A DNA stretch of 64,000 nt from Eledone cirrhosa. Its lineage: Eukaryota. The notes beneath the pieces are model-generated. The model made no database searches. It was given only the letters and a program-made list of their open reading frames with translations, and was not told the DNA's origin. This document shows, piece after piece, positions 35,504 to 49,892 of this stretch. Numbering within the stretch: the stretch's first letter is position 1; each line of letters opens with the position of its first letter. The DNA lies in contig OZ024756.1 of the NCBI GenBank assembly GCA_964016885.1, forward strand, positions 13,764,001 to 13,828,000, written 5' to 3'. Position numbers and translations under genes: made by a program.

Positions 35504-36693
35504 CCCTTTAGCATTTAAACCAGCCATATCCAGCCAGAATTCTCTCACCTCTTTCTGTTCAAACCAGCTGTAACTGGCCACTCATACTGATGTTAAGATA
35601 TTTTTCTCAAAATAGATATCAAAATCTCATAGATTCGATATTATGTGACGTAAAGCCTTTACCATGAAAATACAATAGTATATATATAGAGTAACTAGCT
35701 GAATTGCCCGGCGTTGCCTGGGTTACTCCTGTTCTTATTCAGATTAGTAAATAATAAATATGAAGATATGTTGTTTTTTTTCATGTTTATTTTAAAATAT
35801 CTATATTTTATTTTTTTTAAATATCAAAATTGTGATGATATTATAATTTAGAAATGAAAATCTGTCAATCTTGAAGCACCTTAGGGTAAACAATATTCAT
35901 TGTGTAATTTTTTGTTGGTGTCCAAATGAATGAATTGTAGCTACACACTCACACACATACACTCTCACGTACATATACTAAGACAGACACACACAGACAT
36001 ACATTCACACAGACACACGCATAAGCTTTTCACCTCATTTTTTTTGTCGGTCACCACATGTGTATATACATGTGTAGATTTGTGTGTATTTAATAACGTA
36101 CCTAATGAACTTACTCACAGCTACATACATATTCATATACACTCACACACACATACATATTCATATACAAAATGTGATATTGTTGTGTTGTTTTCTATTT
36201 TAATCCAAATGAAAATAAAAATTATCCCACATATGCTCACACACACATACACTCACACACATACTCTCACATATGCTCACACACATACACTCACATACAT
36301 ATACTAAGACAGACACACAGACATACATTCACGCACACCTGTTAGTTGTCTGTCACCACATATGTATATGTATGTGTAGATGTGTGTGTGTGTTTAATTC
36401 TCTGAGGCCTAACATACGTAACTCACGCACACACACATTCACAGACATACACACTTATATACAAAATGTGACATCTTCATTTTCTATAGTTGACTATAGA
36501 AAGATTATTTTAGATAAAATGTTATATTGTTTTAATCCAAATGAAAATAAAAATGACATGTTGACACTCCTGGGGTCTAATACTATTACCTTGTAAAATT
36601 TGATTTGATTTGGTCGAGCCGTTTGAGAATGCATAGGAACAGACAGAGAGACAAAGAATTTTATATAGAGAGAGAGATGTAAATGCTAAAGGG
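35504..36693. mobile_element. piggyBac-type MITE (TTAA TSD) carrying a ~1-kb nested insertion
   Basis: TTAA|CCCTTTAGCATTT ... AAATGCTAAAGGG|TTAA; uninterrupted copy at 51156-51363. Confidence 0.78.
35695..36676 (+). mobile_element. Helentron/DINE-1-like (HINE) non-autonomous rolling-circle element
   Basis: CTAGC...CCCGGCGTTGCCTGGG 5' hairpin end, internal CA-rich microsatellite, ACAGACAGAGAGACAAAGAATTTTATATAGAGAG 3' end; inverted 3' part at 59296-59560. Confidence 0.6.
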
Positions 36694-37224
36694 TTAATGC
36701 ATTTTAAGTTCACTTTTAGAGAATCTCTCTATGTCCTCCTTATATATATATCATCATCATCATCGTTTAATGTCCATCTTCCACGCTAGCATGGGCTAGA
36801 CGGTTTTGTTCCATTTGATGCGGGAATGGTCGGGAGACCGTGTCTAGCTCATACGGAAGTGTCTCTGGCAGGTTTTTTACAGCTGGATGCCCTTAAGAAC
36901 TTCATTGTCAGTGACCCAGCTCCTCCAATCATCTCGAATGACCCAGGCTGGGAAAAAATGTTTCCATCATTGGCAACTCACTTTACCGAGATATTAGGTA
37001 ATTCTCCAAGTAAGGGTACTTAGTTGTTCCTACTTCTTAGCCTCACTATCACCCGGCCTTACTGAGGTATCAAGTGATTCTCCAGATGAGGATACTTAGC
37101 TGCTCCAGCTCCTTAGCCTTGCTACCACTCACACTCGCTTAACACCATGGACACCTTGATAAGCACTGACCTGATGATCCTCAGGGCTCGAGACAGACTT
37201 AACATTTTTAGTTATATATAAAGA

Positions 37225-38277
37225 GGGTTGGATTGGCAGTATCGGTAGAAGGTCGGACGCCATCCTTTCCAGCATAGTTACGTCCCTTTACGATCTGAGT
37301 TCAAATCCCGCCGAGGTTGACTTTGCCTTTCATCCTTACGGGGTCGATAAAATAAAGTACCAGTAATGCACTGGGTAATTGCTGGCCTTGTGCCTAAAGT
37401 AGAAACAATTATTATATAAAAACACCCTTCTTGATTTCTGTGAGAAATAATTATTTTTCCTCATTTTTTCCATGTGTTATCAACTAATCTGACCTCTGAA
37501 ATAACACAAAGGACCCCCCCCCCCTCTCTCTCTCTCCTTCCTTCTCGGGTTTTCTTTACCATTTTTTTTTCATGTGATATATCATTCGTTTATCATAAAG
37601 ACTATAATGATATATGATATAAAAACTGCTATATAATATTATATATAGCAGTAATTGTTATATGTTATTATATATAGCAGTAACTGTTATATATTATTAT
37701 AGAGTTACGGACCTTTATGATCTGAGTTCAAATTCCGCTCAAAGGTTAGTTTTGCCTTTCATCCTTATAGGGTCGATAAAATAAAGCACCAGTAATGTAC
37801 TGGGGTAATTGCTGGCCTTGTGTCAAAAGTAGAAACAATTATTTTATATAGCAGTAACTGTTATATGTTATTATATATAGCAGTAACTGTGAATAGGTAG
37901 TATCAGTAGAGCATCAGACACCATGCTTTGCAGCATAGAGTTATGGCCCTTTACGTTTTGAGTTCAAATCCCGCCAAAATTAACTTTGCCTTTCATCCTT
38001 ACAGGTTTGATAAACTAAAATACCAGTAATGCACTGAGGTAATTGCCGGCCTTGTGCCCAAAGTAGAAACAAATATCTTTAGCAGTAACTGTTATAGACA
38101 GTATCTGTGGAGGGTCGGTCATGCTTTGCAGCATAGAGTTACGTCCCTTTACGATCTGAGTTCAAATCGCGCCGAGGTTAACTTTGCCTTTCATCCTTAT
38201 GGGGTCGATAAAATAAAGTACCAGTAATGTACTGGGTAATTGCTGGCCTTGTGCCAAAAGTAGAAACAATTATTATA
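37225..38277 (+). mobile_element. Four SINE family A copies in the TEN1 intron
   Basis: Copies at ~37225, ~37700, ~37890, ~38100. Confidence 0.85.
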
Positions 38278-38379
38278 TGTGCCTTCATATACATATATAT
38301 AAATAAACACATTTGTGTATCATGCAATGTCAGTTTTACCTATTGTATATTATATTTAACAGTTGTATATAACACGACT

Positions 38380-41300
38380 CTCACCTATCTATAACATATA
38401 TATCACCTGTCTATATAACATATTACCTGTCTATATAACATATCACCTGTCTATATAACATTACCTGTCTATATAACACTACCTGTGTATATAACATATT
38501 ACCTGTCTATATAACATATTACCTGTCTATATAACATATCACCTGTCTATATAACATATCACCTGTCTATATAACATCACCTGTCTATATAACATTAGCT
38601 GGCTATATAACATATCACCTGTCTATATAACATCACCTGTCTGTATAACATATCACCTGTCTATATAACATATCACCTGTCTATATAACATATTACCTGT
38701 CTATATAACATATCACCTGTCTATATAATATATCACTTGTCTATATAACATATTACTTGTCTATATAACATATCACCTGTCTATACAACATATCACCTGT
38801 CTATATAACATCACCTGTCTATATAACGTATCACCTGTCTATATAACATCACCTGTCTATATAACATCACCTGTCTATATAACATATCACCTGTCTATAT
38901 AACATATCCCCTGTCTATATAACATATCCCCTGTCTATATAACATCACCTGTCTATATAACATATCACCTGTCTATATAACATATTACCTGTCTATATAA
39001 CATCACCTGTCTATATAACATATCACTTGTCTATATAACATATTACCTGTCTATATAACATATCACCTGTCTATATAACATATCACCTGTCTATATAACA
39101 CTACCTGTTTATATAACATATCACCTGTGTATATAACATATCACCTGTCTATATAACATATTACCTGTCTATATAACATATCACCTGTCTATATAACATA
39201 TTACCTGTCTATATAACATATCACCTGTCTATATAACATATCACCTCTCTATATAACATATTACCTGTCTATATAACATATCACCTGTCTATATAACATA
39301 TTACCTGTCTATATAACATATCACCTGTCTATATAACATATCACCTGTCTATATAACATATTACCTGTCTATATAACATATCACCTGTCTATATAACATA
39401 TCAGCTCTCTATATAACATATTACCTGTCTATATAACATATCACCTGTCTATATAACATATTACCTGTCTATATAACATATCACCTGTCTATATAACATA
39501 TCACCTGTGTATATAACACTACCTGTTTATATAACATATCACCTGTGTATATAACATATCACCTGTCTATATAACATATTACCTGTCTATATAACATATC
39601 ACCTGTCTATATAACATATCACCTGTCTATATAACATATCCCCTTTCTATATAACATATCACCTGTCTATATAACATATCACCTGTCTATATAACATCAC
39701 CTGTCTATATAACATATCACCTGTTTATATAACATATCACCTGTCTATATAACATATCACCTGTATATATAACATATTACCTGTCTATATAACATATTAC
39801 CTGTCTATATAACATATCACCTGTCTATATAACATATTACCTGTCTATATAACATATCACCTGTCTATATAACATATCACCTGTCTATATAACATCACCT
39901 GTCTATATAACATATTACCTGTCTATATAACATATCACCTGTCTATATAACATATTACCTGTCTATATAACATATCCCCTGTCTATATAACATATCACAT
40001 GTCTATATAACATATCCCCTGTCTATATAACATATCACCTGTCTATATAACATATCACCTGTCTATATAACATATCACCTGTCTATATAACATCACCTGT
40101 CAATATAACATATCACCTGTCTATATAACATATCCCCTGTCTATATAACATATCACCTGTCTATATAACATATCACCTGTCTATATAACACATCACCTGT
40201 CTATATAACATATCACCTGTCTATATAACACATCACCTGTCTATATAACATATCACCTGTCTATATAACATATCACCTGTCTATATAACACATCACCTGT
40301 CTATATAACATATCACCTGTCTATATAACATCACCTGTCTATATAACATATCACCTGTCTATATAACATCACCTGTCTATATAACATCACCTGTCTATAT
40401 AACATATTACCTGTCTATATAACATATCACCTGTCTATATAACATATCACCTGTCTATATAACATATCACCTGTCTATATAACATATCACCTGTCTATAT
40501 AACATCACCTGTTTATATAACATCACCTGTCTATATAACATATCACCTGTCTATATAACATCACCGGTCTATATAACATATCCCCTGTCTATATAACATA
40601 TTACCTGTCTATATACCATATCCCCTGTCTATATAACATATTACCTGTCTATATAACATATCCCCTGTCTATATAACATATTACCTGTCTATATAACATA
40701 TCCCCTGTCTATATAACATATTACCTGTCTATATAACATATCCCCTGTCTATATAACATATCACCTGTCTATATAACATATCCCCTGTCTATATAACATA
40801 TCACCTGTCTATATAACATATCCCCTGTCTATATAACACATCACCTGTCTATATAACATCATCTGTCTATATAACATATTACCTGTCTATATGACATCAC
40901 CTGTCTATATAACATATCACCTGTCTATATAACATATTACCTGTTTATATAACATATCACCTATTAAAATATAACATATTACCTGTCTATATAACATATC
41001 TCCTGTCTATATAACATATCACCTGTCTATATAACATATCCCCTGTCTATATAACATATTACCTGTCTATATAACATATCACCTGTCTATATAACATATC
41101 ACCTGTCTATATAACATATTACCTGTCTATATAACATATCACCTGTCTATATAACATATCACCTGTCTATATAACATATCCCCTGTCTATATAACATATC
41201 CCCTGTCTATATAATATATCACCTGTCTATATAACATATCACCTGTCTATATAATATATCACCTGTCTATATAACATATCACCTGTCTATATAACATATC

Positions 41301-43260
41301 ACCTGTCTATATAACATATCCCCTGTCTATATACCATATCCCCTGTCTATATAACATCACCTGTCTATATAACATATCCCCTGTCTATATAACATATTAT
41401 CTGTCTATATAACATATTACCTGTCTATATAACATATCACCTGTCTATATAACACTACCTGTTTATATAACATATCACCTGTGTATATAACATATTACCT
41501 GTCTATATACCATATCCCCTGTCTATATAACATATCACCTGTCTATATAACATATTACCTGTCTATATAACATATCACCTGTCTATATAACATATCACCT
41601 GTCTATATAACATATCACCTGTCTATATAACATATCACCTGTCTATATAACATATTACCTGTCTATATACCATATCCCCTGTCTATATAACATATCACCT
41701 ATCTATATAACATATCACCTGTCTATATAACATATCACCTGTCTATATAACATATCACCTGTCTATATAACACTACCTGTTTATATAACATATCACCTGT
41801 GTATATAACATATTACATATTACATAACATATTACCTGTCTATATAACATATCACCTGTCTATATAACATATTATCTGTCTATATAACATATTACCTGTC
41901 TATATAACATATCACCTGTCTATATAACACTACCTGTCTATATAACACATCACCTGTCTATATAACATATCACCTGTCTATATAACATATCCCCTGTCTA
42001 TATAACATATTACCTGTCTATATAATATATCACCTGTCTATATAACATATCACCTGTCTATATAACATATCACCTGTCTATATAACATATCCCCTGTCTA
42101 TATACCATATCCCCTGTCTATATAACATCACCTGTCTATATAACATATCCCCTGTCTATATAACATATTATCTGTCTATATAACATATTACCTGTCTATA
42201 TAACATATCACCTGTCTATATAACACTACCTGTTTATATAACATATCACCTGTGTATATAACATATTACCTGTCTATATACCATATCCCCTGTCTATATA
42301 ACATATCACCTGTCTATATAACATATCACCTGTCTATATAACATATCACCTGTCTATATAACATATCACCTGTCTATATAACATATCACCTGTCTATATA
42401 ACATATCACCTGTCTATATAACATATCACCTGTCTATATAACATATTACCTGTCTATATACCATATCCCCTGTCTATATAACATATCACCTATCTATATA
42501 ACATATCACCTGTCTATATAACATATCACCTGTCTATATAACATATCACCTGTCTATATAACACTACCTGTTTATATAACATATCACCTGTGTATATAAC
42601 ATATTACCTGTCTATATAACATATCACCTGTCTATATAACATATCCCCTGTCTATATAACATATTACCTGTCTATATAACATATCCCCTGTCTATATAAC
42701 ATATCACCTGTGTATATAACATATCACCTGTCTATATAACATATCACCTGTCTGTATAACATATTACCTGTCTATATAACATATCACCTGTCTATATAAC
42801 ATATTACCTGTCTATATAACATATCACTTGTCTATATAACATATTACCTGTCTATATAATATATCTCCTGTCTATATAACACTACCTGTTTATATAACAT
42901 ATCACCTGTGTATATAACATATTACCTGTCTATATAACATATTACCTGTCTATATAACATATCCCCTGTCTATATAACATATCACCTGTGTATATAACAT
43001 ATCACCTGTGTATATAACATACACCTGTCTATATAACATATCACCTGTCTATATAACATATTACCTGTCTATATAACATATTACCTGTCTATATAACATA
43101 TCACCTGTCTATATAACATATTACCTGTCTATATAACATATTACCTGTCTATATAACATATCACCTGTCTATATAACATATTACCTGTCTATATAACATA
43201 TCACCTGTCTATATAACATATCACCTGTCTATATAACATATCACCTGTCTATATAACATA
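38380..43260. repeat. 20-bp (18-20) minisatellite, ~4.9 kb, TEN1 intron
   Basis: TATATAACATATCACCTGTC reiterated; small outlier array at 34835-35005. Confidence 0.98.
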
Positions 43261-43285
43261 TATATATTGTTTTCTACTCCCCTAG

Positions 43286-43628
43286 GTTGACAGAACACAA
43301 CCGTACAACATGTGTAGCTGTTATTGCACACCTGACCAATGACATCAAACTTACTGTGGAAACACATTTAATTGAACCAATTTCATATTCTCTCAACTCT
43401 CTCCTTCAGTTTATCGGAGAACTCAACTGGGACAACATAAGTGGTTTACCGTCCCCAACACTTATAGCACGGACTGTACGCTGTGTAGATGACCTTGATT
43501 TTATTGCCTATGAGAAAGTCCTGTCTCTCCAGCGAACTTACCTGCACAGTCGGGATGTCACCCCTCTCAGCTCACAAGAACCTGCTAGAGTCTCAAAGTC
43601 TACCCAGACTGAAGAATTCCTCATATAA
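43286..43628 (+). CDS. TEN1: CST complex subunit TEN1, coding exon 2 (OB fold); spliced product 162 aa
   Basis: TTTTCTACTCCCCTAG acceptor, phase 2 matches exon 1; VETHLIEP, SLLQFIGEL, IARTVRCVDDLDFIAYEKVLSLQRTY parallel remembered human TEN1 VCTKLVEP, SLYIVLGEL, KARVLTCVEGMNLPLLEQAIREQRLY. Confidence 0.9.
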
Positions 43629-43669
43629 AAGAGAAAATAACATAATTGAATCTCTTGAAAGTAAAACTC

Positions 43670-43905
43670 CTAACATAATACCAGTTATACCTGTTGACAG
43701 TGAGAACTTTTAACGTTAATACCAGTTATACCTGTTGACAGTGAGAACTTTTAACGTTAATACCAGTTATATCTGTTGACAGTGAGAAATTTTGACATAA
43801 TACCAGTTATATCTGTTGACAGAACTTTTGACATAATACCAGTTATATCTGTTGGCAGTGAGAACTTTTGACATGATACCAATTATATCTATTAACAGAA
43901 CTTTT
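43670..43905. repeat. ~41-bp tandem repeat (~6 copies) in the TEN1 3' UTR
   Basis: TAATACCAGTTATA[C/T]CTGTTGACAGTGAGAACTTT. Confidence 0.9.
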
Positions 43906-44108
43906 GGACTTAGCAATACCCACCCCCTCCAAGACTTGTGAGATATGGTGAGTGTTCAACTTGGAAAAACGATATGACAGTTTTTTAGTCAGGAAGAAAT
44001 GTAACTCATAAACTTTTTAAGGGCTTCTGAAGTTGGAGGAAGGAAGGAGTCCTCAGATTGTCATGTCATCAATATATATCATCATCATCATCATATGGAT
44101 GGAATATA

Positions 44109-44505
44109 TGGAGGCACATGGCTTAGTGGTTAGAGCATTGGCCTTGCAATCGAAAGGTTGTGAGTTCAATTCTCAGACCGAGTGATGTATTGTTTCCTTG
44201 AGCAAGACACTTTATTTCACATTGCTCCAGTTTACTCAGCTGTAGAAATGAGATGATAGGGACTGGGGTCCATATCATTCCACTGCAAAGTGGTCATGGA
44301 GGTGCCACAGAAAGAAAGCACCCAGCACTCACTGTAAATGAGGTTGGTGTTAGGAAGGGCATCCAGCTGTAGAAATCAAGCCAGAATCAGTTCCTGTATG
44401 AACAAGACAAGGTCAGCCGACTGGACACTGCCCACAACAGGACAACCCGTCTAACCCATGCTAGCGTGGAAGAACGGACGTAAAACGGTGATGATGATGA
44501 TGATG
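44109..44505 (+). mobile_element. tRNA-derived SINE family B with (GAT)n tail
   Basis: GGAGGCACATGGCTTAGTGGTTAGAGC A-box, GAGTTCAATTCTC B-box; near-identical to 46495-46882. Confidence 0.88.
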
Positions 44506-45110
44506 ACACTGCGAGATCAGTGGCTCCACTTCAGTACTGACTTGTCTATGAACCGCAACCTTGCTACCAGAGAAAGCCACGTTAAAACGATGATGATGAT
44601 GATACACACACACATACACAGGTGCTTACATATATGTAAAGTAGCTGAGGTACCCGGCTTTGCCTGGGAGAACAGTTTAGAGAAAACGGATAAAAGACAA
44701 AATGACTGTATTGGATGTGTTGTCTGGTATGAGGTGAGACTAATGTGTGTGAGTGTGTGTGTGTGAGAAACATAAAAAAAAAAAACAATCATAAAACTTC
44801 CTTATTAGGCTGAGGGAGTGTACTGCCGATTAAATGGTAGCATTGGCCTTGGATTTTAAATGCTGTGCTTTTAAATGTAGTCAGTATGATCTTTTTCAAC
44901 TCCAAAGGACGTCATCTGAAACAGCAATATATTCCATAACATTGCTTCTGAAGTGTTGCTTCGTTAGTACGGTCTGTAAGTAGTATATGGATAAAAGCTG
45001 GAGGGTAGATTAATTTCAAATAGTGTCAATTTTTCTTTGTTCTGTGAAATCAAAGACTGTAAAACGACTTTATAAAAGCTAACGCAGTATTGTTAAACCT
45101 TCAACTGATA

Positions 45111-45782
45111 TTTTTGTGCAACATCTCTCTCTCTCTGAATAGGAACAAGCGGGACCCCAACGGCTGAGCTCAAGCCGTTTCGACGGCTAATTCTGGACTC
45201 AGAATTAACCGTCGAAACGGCTTGAGCTCAGCCGTCGGGGTCCTACTTGTTCCTATATATATATATATATATATACTTTTGTGCAACATCTCTCTCTGAA
45301 TAGGAACAAGCAGGACCCCGATGGCTGAGCTCAAGCCGTTTCGACGGCTAATTCTGGACTCAGAATTAACCGTCGAAACGGCTTCAGCTCAGCCGTCGGG
45401 GTCCTACTTGTTCCTATATATATATATTTATATACTTTTGTGCAACATCTCTCTCTGAATAGGAACAAGCAGGACCCCGATGGCTGAGCTCAAGCCGTTT
45501 CGACGGCTAATTCTGGACTCAGAATTAACCGTCGAAACGGCTTCAGCTCAGCCGTCGGGGTCCTACTTGTTCCTATATATATATATATATATACTTTTGT
45601 GCAACATCTCTCTCTGAATAGGAACAAGCAGGACCCCGATGGCTGAGCTCAAGCCGTTTCGACGGCTAATTCTGGACTCAGAATTAACCGTCGAAACGGC
45701 TTCAGCTCAGCCGTCGGGGTCCTACTTGTTCCTATATATATATATATATATACTTTTGTGCAACATCTCTCTCTCTCTCTCT
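45111..45782. repeat. Four tandem ~159-bp units, each a ~118-nt hairpin (family H)
   Basis: AGGAACAAGC recurs at 45141, 45302, 45461, 45620; each unit is self-complementary. Confidence 0.95.
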
Positions 45783-46494
45783 GTGAATATCTAACACTGT
45801 AATTGTATCTCTCTGTATAATATCCTCTCTCTCTCTTTAGATGTAGTTATCGTCTGATTCAACCGACCAATAAACATCTTTCTTTTATATCATATATAAA
45901 TAAATATCATCATCATCATCATCATCATTCTTCGACTACTGTCGAGATGATGGATCTCACTCTCATGCCCCAGAATTCCCTGTCCCCCATCGCTGCCCCC
46001 AGGTCCTGTCTACTGATTCCCGTATCCCTAGAGATCCTTATGATCAGAAACGGGACCCGGGAAAGCAGGGGCTGGACCTATATCAACAGGTATACCATAT
46101 AGTGTGGTTCCCTGAGGAACAGGAACACCGATGCAGTCAGTTGCGAAATCCATCATCTTTTCAAATAAATATATATGTATACACACAACCACACCTATAC
46201 ATATAAAAGACAAACAAGGAAATATATTTAAAAATTATGAAAATATATATATACACATATGATGTAATTGTATATATTTGTATATTCTACCTACCACTTC
46301 ATCCTGCCAATCCCACCAACCTTTTCACTAACCACCTATACACTCACCTTCACATACATCACCTGTCTCCCACTAGCCACTTAAAATTCTATGGCAATGT
46401 CCATTATTGCATTTTTCACACAACCCTCTCCTCCCACCAGCAGCCTCAATTAAATCCCCCTTCCCCCACCTCGAGTTCTCCTTTATTTATACTG

Positions 46495-46882
46495 TGGAGG
46501 CACATGGCTTAGTGGTTAGAGCATTGGGCTTGCAATCGAAAGGTTGTGAGTTCAATTCTCAGACCGGGTGATGTGTTGTTTCCTTGAGCAAGACACTTTA
46601 TTTCACATTGCTCCAGTTTACTCAGCTGTAGAAATGAGATGATAGGGACTGGGGTCCCTATCATTCCACTGCAAAATGGTCGTGGAGGTGCCACGGCAAA
46701 AAAAGCACCCAGCCCACACTGTAAAGTGAACGTGTAGGTGCCACGGAAAAAGAGCACCCAGCACTCACTGTAAATGAGGTTGGTGTTAGGAAGGGCATCC
46801 AGCTGTAGAAATCAAGCCAGAATCAGTTCCAGTCCCACTCTTGCAAGCAGGGAAAAGCGGGCGTAAAATGATGATGATGATG
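46495..46882 (+). mobile_element. SINE family B
   Basis: Full-length copy with (GAT)n tail. Confidence 0.88.
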
Positions 46883-47366
46883 AGGTGTCTGCTATTGAAA
46901 GGTTAGCTCTTGTCTGATGACCCTGTGATAAACAAGCGGGACTCCAGAGTAACAAGACTCACTATTTAGCCTTAATAAAGTGAATATATATATATATATG
47001 TGTGTGTGAGGTCGTGTAGGCGTGACGACAAAAAAACACACAGTCGACACTGTAAATGTGGTTGGTGTTAGGAAGGGCATCCAACTGTAGAAAAGCTGCC
47101 AGATAGTCCTATACGAGTGAGACACGGTCTCCCGAGCAATCTTGCCTCAAGTGGGACAATTCCCATCTAAACCCATGCTAGCGTGGAAGATAGACATTAA
47201 ACGATGATGATGATGATGATGATATATATATATATATAAAATACTTCTCTGAGTAGACTTTTGGTTTATCAATTTATTGATATTTCTTATCTTTTTATTG
47301 AGATGCTTAGGTATTAGCAACAACTACTTTACATGTATGTATGTTTATATGTATATATATATATTA

Positions 47367-47977
47367 TGTCAGGTCACCAGTTGGTGCTACTGGTAACATG
47401 TATCCCAGTACAACCTGTCTCATGGTCGGGTCGTTGGCGACTAAACTGGCAACCCCACCAAGGTTTCTTGGTGAGGAGGGTGACTTTGGACATCCTGCAG
47501 GACTAAAAACAAAACCTGTCAAAGGGCAAGGGAGCTCTTAAGAGTCAATAGCCATCCAAAATCACTGGGAGAGATGACCCCTTAGCCTTTGTCAAGGCAG
47601 AATTCTAGGAGAAGGAAAACTCTGATATAACACCTGCAACCCTGATGGTATCCAATGATGTTGACTTGTTCTTCTTTTTGGTAAATATCATCTTGGTTAA
47701 GAGAGTGGGACTGGCTTTGTGCAGTGCCTTTGCTCACTATAAAAGCTTCACAGCACAGGCGTTGCTTTATATCTGGAGATCTCTCTGCACTTGTCATCAC
47801 ATGGTACCATGGGCCCTGCACTATGTGTCAATAATGGTCACAAGCGTAGTCTTTGTACCAGAGTTTTCAAGTCGCTGGCTGGACTAAAAAGTCACATTCG
47901 TTCAGCGCATCGGTAGGGGTTCTCCTACATGGATATAAAGTAGTGGCCGTACTCGAAAACGAGTTGGCAGCCACCAT
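47367..47977. mobile_element. ~610-bp interspersed repeat, copy 2
   Basis: Highly similar to 21985-22590. Confidence 0.85.
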
Positions 47978-48099
47978 ATATATATATATATGTGTGTATG
48001 TATGTTTATATGTGTATATATGTAGCAGTCTGTATGAATCTATGTATATGTATGTATACGAGATAAGCTGTATTAGAGACAGTTTACCTTGTAGAGCTA

Positions 48100-48485
48100 T
48101 CATCATTATCATTTTACATCTGCTTTGCCTGCTTGCAAGGGTGGGACGGGAACTGATTCTGGCTTGATTTCTACAGCTGGATGCCCTTCCTAACACCAAC
48201 CTCATTTACAGTGAGTGCTGGGTGCTTTTTTTCCGTGGCGCCTACACTTTCACTTTTCAGTGTGGGCTGGGTGCTTTTTTTGCTGTGGCACCTCCACGAC
48301 CACTTTGCAGTTGAATGATAGGGACCCCAGTCCTATCATCTCATTTCTACAGCTGAGTAAACTGGAGCAATGTGAACTAAAGTGTCTTGCTCAAGGAAAC
48401 AACACATCAGCTGGTCTGAGAATTGAACTCACAACCTTTCTATTGCAAGCCCAATGCTCTAACCACTAAGCCATGTGCCTCCACT
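48100..48485 (-). mobile_element. SINE family B
   Basis: Reverse complement of 46495-46882. Confidence 0.88.
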
Positions 48486-48804
48486 ATATATTTATATATA
48501 ACAAGGCGGTGAATTGACAGAGTCATTAAGACATTGGATAGAATGCTTTATGGTATTTGTCCCACCTCATTACACACTGTGAGTTCAAATCCCACTGAGG
48601 TCAACTTTGCCTTTCATCCTTTCGAGGTCGATAAAATAAAGTACCAGTCTAGTACTGGGTCGATTCTGAAAAAAATCAGCTGTCTTCAGACCTGGAGAGA
48701 GTTGGGCTCCGCCAGATTTAAAAGTGCCCTAGACACGCCATATGACGGTACCTCTACGACTCCACAAGGAGTTATGGAATCTTTATCCATTATCTTTTTT
48801 AAAT

Positions 48805-49060
48805 TTGTTTTGCAAGATTTCTTATCTGAAAACGTGTGTTGAAACAGATATTGTTATACTTTGGGAGGGTCATGCTGCCAATAAAAACATGCCTCTGTTG
48901 GGTTTCACTTCAATTTATTAAAATTTCTGATTGGTTGGTTGGTTCAATAACCGGGTGGTTGTTTATATATTGTCAAAGCTCTTTCATCACGCATTCCGTA
49001 CCTCCTCAGTGACTGGGTTTTTTTATTTTGTGCCCCTGCTTTGTTCTGTCCTACACCATC
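48805..49060 (-). mobile_element. pLTR-like family P fragment with degenerate hammerhead
   Basis: TATTGTTATACTTTGGGAGGGTCATG motif; minus strand GTCA-CTGAGGA-...-GAAAGAGCTT-TGAC at 48971-49017. Confidence 0.6.
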
Positions 49061-49892
49061 TTGTTTTTGATGGTGTAGGACAGAACAAAGCTTGTTAGCC
49101 ATGGTTGGCAATCTGTCTAAAAGAAGGATCACATTGATTTCAAAAGTGGGGTAGATGGTACTCCATAGTCTCCCTGGAGACTATTGTTAAGTGACCAACA
49201 GCTTCATCCTTGTGTGATGAGGGTGGATAAGTTGTGGCTCAGTAGCCAGATTCCTAGTAATGGTCTGAGGATTCAGGACCCAGTGTCATTACTTTTCTCC
49301 GATGAGAATCACAGACGTACAACATCATATAGATTAGTACTGGTACAATTGTCCATGGTCCCCGACCTTCAGTAATGAGGAAGGGAAGAGACCAAACTAG
49401 ATATATACAATAGCTACACTACAAACACTGTGTATGCCTCTCTCTCCATTGTCACTAAACTAATGCTTTCTGATATTGGCACAAGGTGAACAATTAAATC
49501 GACCCTAGTGCGTTACTAGTACTTTATTTTATTGACCCCATAAGGATGAAAGGCAAAGTTAACTTTGGTGGGATTTGAATGCTGAGCGTTGAGGGCCATA
49601 ACTCTATGCCAGCTGAAATAATGGAATCTATAAAATTTGACAACAGTTTTGTTGAACAAACCTCAATCATGACGTTAATTTTATTTATTGGTTTTTATAC
49701 AGGTGTTTAAGTCTTTTATTTATTTATCTTAAGGTGTATAAAGTCGTTTATTTATTTATCTTAATTGACCATCTAATTTAAATACTGCCTCTCCTCAAGC
49801 CACAGATGACCTACATCCATTCAATAAAAACTTCCTCTCAGATCATAAAGAAACCTCAAGTTTTACTTGAAGTTAAACAAAACACAGATATA

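Noticed and set aside
44109-44185. tRNA-like sequences (also 46495, 48410, 49893)
   Set aside because: Continue into a shared SINE body and tail; SINE heads rather than tRNA genes
45111-45782. CRISPR-like repeat/spacer look
   Set aside because: Intervening sequences are near-identical copies rather than unique spacers; no cas genes; eukaryotic context
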